Positions 5,200-5,859 of a stretch of DNA of 5,859 bases are shown here, piece after piece. The translations under genes and the position numbers were made by a program. Origin of the DNA: a virus (Duplodnaviria; Heunggongvirae; Uroviricota; Caudoviricetes). Under the pieces are notes generated by a model that was not told the origin of the DNA, did not search any database, and saw only the letters and a program-made list of their open reading frames with translations. The stretch lies in IMG/VR virus record IMGVR_UViG_2534681998_000007; one strand, 5' to 3'. Numbering within the stretch: the first letter of the stretch is position 1; each line of letters starts with the position of its first letter.

Positions 5200-5477
5200 G
5201 CAGACACCCTCCTGTCGAAATAAACGTAGTTATTCACTATGCGCAGCGGCATGCCTAATTTTCTGGCAATTTCCCTTCTTTGCATGCCTCTCTGATGCAG
5301 TTGCCGCGCCAGCTCAATATCACGCTGAGAATATTTTGCCGACGGGTGAAAATCACCACGTAACATCATGCTGATGCCCAGCTCCCGTGCCTTCGTTCTC
5401 ACTGCCGCTTCAGTTCGTCCGATAAGTGCGCCAACGCTTTTTACCTTCATCGTTCCCGCACACTGCCGGAGTATCAT
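5196..5477 (-). CDS. Putative HTH DNA-binding protein, about 93 aa
   Basis: Start chosen at the ATG at 5477 (MILRQCAGTMKVK...); the alternative is ATG 5450. The upstream part of ORF 5196..5600 overlaps the end of the preceding gene in another frame and looks like GC-rich noise. Two HTH-like segments (GRTEAAVRTKARELGIS; RREIARKLGMPLRIVNNYV). The SD is weak for either start. Confidence 0.55.
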   Translation of the reverse strand: MILRQCAGTMKVKSVGALIGRTEAAVRTKARELGISMMLRGDFHPSAKYSQRDIELARQLHQRGMQRREIARKLGMPLRIVNNYVYFDRRVSA

Positions 5478-5509
5478 GATTTCCGCCCGGCACCACGTCT
5501 TCCACCCAC

Positions 5510-5859
5510 TCACCGCTGCTGTTCTCTGGTGGCGGTAATATCCCGGAGAATATCCCGGCACTTGTTCAGCTCCCGCAGCGCGGCGCAGACTCGCTCCCAC
5601 TTCTGAACCTGACCTTTTGCCCGGCGCAGCTCGCGGTTAGCCACATGCAGCGATGGTAAAATCAGACCATCCGGATGCTTTCTGGTGAACGACGGCTGTG
5701 ACTGCACTGTGACCGCCACACTTTCCGTTTTTATTTCTTCCTGTGTTTCCGCTTCCCCGACTGGTAACGCAACACCTGCTGGCTGAGGAAAGGCTTTACC
5801 ATCCGTTTCCGTTATGGATGCGGCTTTCGGCTCTGCCGGTAAATCAGCGCCCGGTATGC
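5510..5859 (-). CDS. 3' portion of a gene truncated by the window edge (C-terminal 116 codons), function unknown
   Basis: Hand translation shows this frame is open from the window end to the TGA at 5510-5512. The ORF-track entry 5510..5719 is only its GTG-initiated tail. C-terminus ...RELRRAKGQVQKWERVCAALRELNKCRDILRDITATREQQR. Confidence 0.55.
   Translation of the reverse strand, partial: IPGADLPAEPKAASITETDGKAFPQPAGVALPVGEAETQEEIKTESVAVTVQSQPSFTRKHPDGLILPSLHVANRELRRAKGQVQKWERVCAALRELNKCRDILRDITATREQQR

Noticed and set aside
5478-5600. N-terminal extension of the HTH ORF (start at 5600)
   Set aside because: Arg/Ala-rich translation typical of out-of-frame GC-rich sequence, overlapping the real upstream gene that ends at 5510.

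Overview
This window reads as the early-right (nin) to late-regulatory segment of a lambdoid prophage from an Escherichia-like enterobacterium, with every supportable gene on the minus strand (transcription runs right to left). From right to left: a 5'-truncated ORF at the window edge, a chain of small translationally coupled genes (an HTH protein, a basic 75-aa protein, a very acidic 103-aa protein), a small membrane protein, a DUF551-like protein and a 27-aa ORF missing from the ORF track. Next comes a complete hok/mok/sok-type type I toxin-antitoxin locus with its own promoter, long-range 5'/3' complementary boxes and terminator, then an AT-rich island, and a DUF1367-like/DUF1364 (YbcO-like)/Q-like antiterminator operon. 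The Q-like gene's stop codon overlaps a near-consensus sigma70 promoter that is followed about 80 nt later by an intrinsic terminator, the classic pR'-tR' late-control arrangement. Downstream of that terminator sits cargo rather than lysis genes: an ORF6N/KilA-N-type protein and a small PapI/FaeA-like winged-helix protein, each with its own terminator. I found no tRNA, rRNA, CRISPR array, IS element or integrase. I do not see a clearly novel multi-gene system; the most plausible unexplored candidates are the acidic/basic small-protein pair and the cargo in the post-Q slot. All family assignments are from reading the translations by eye, not from searches.
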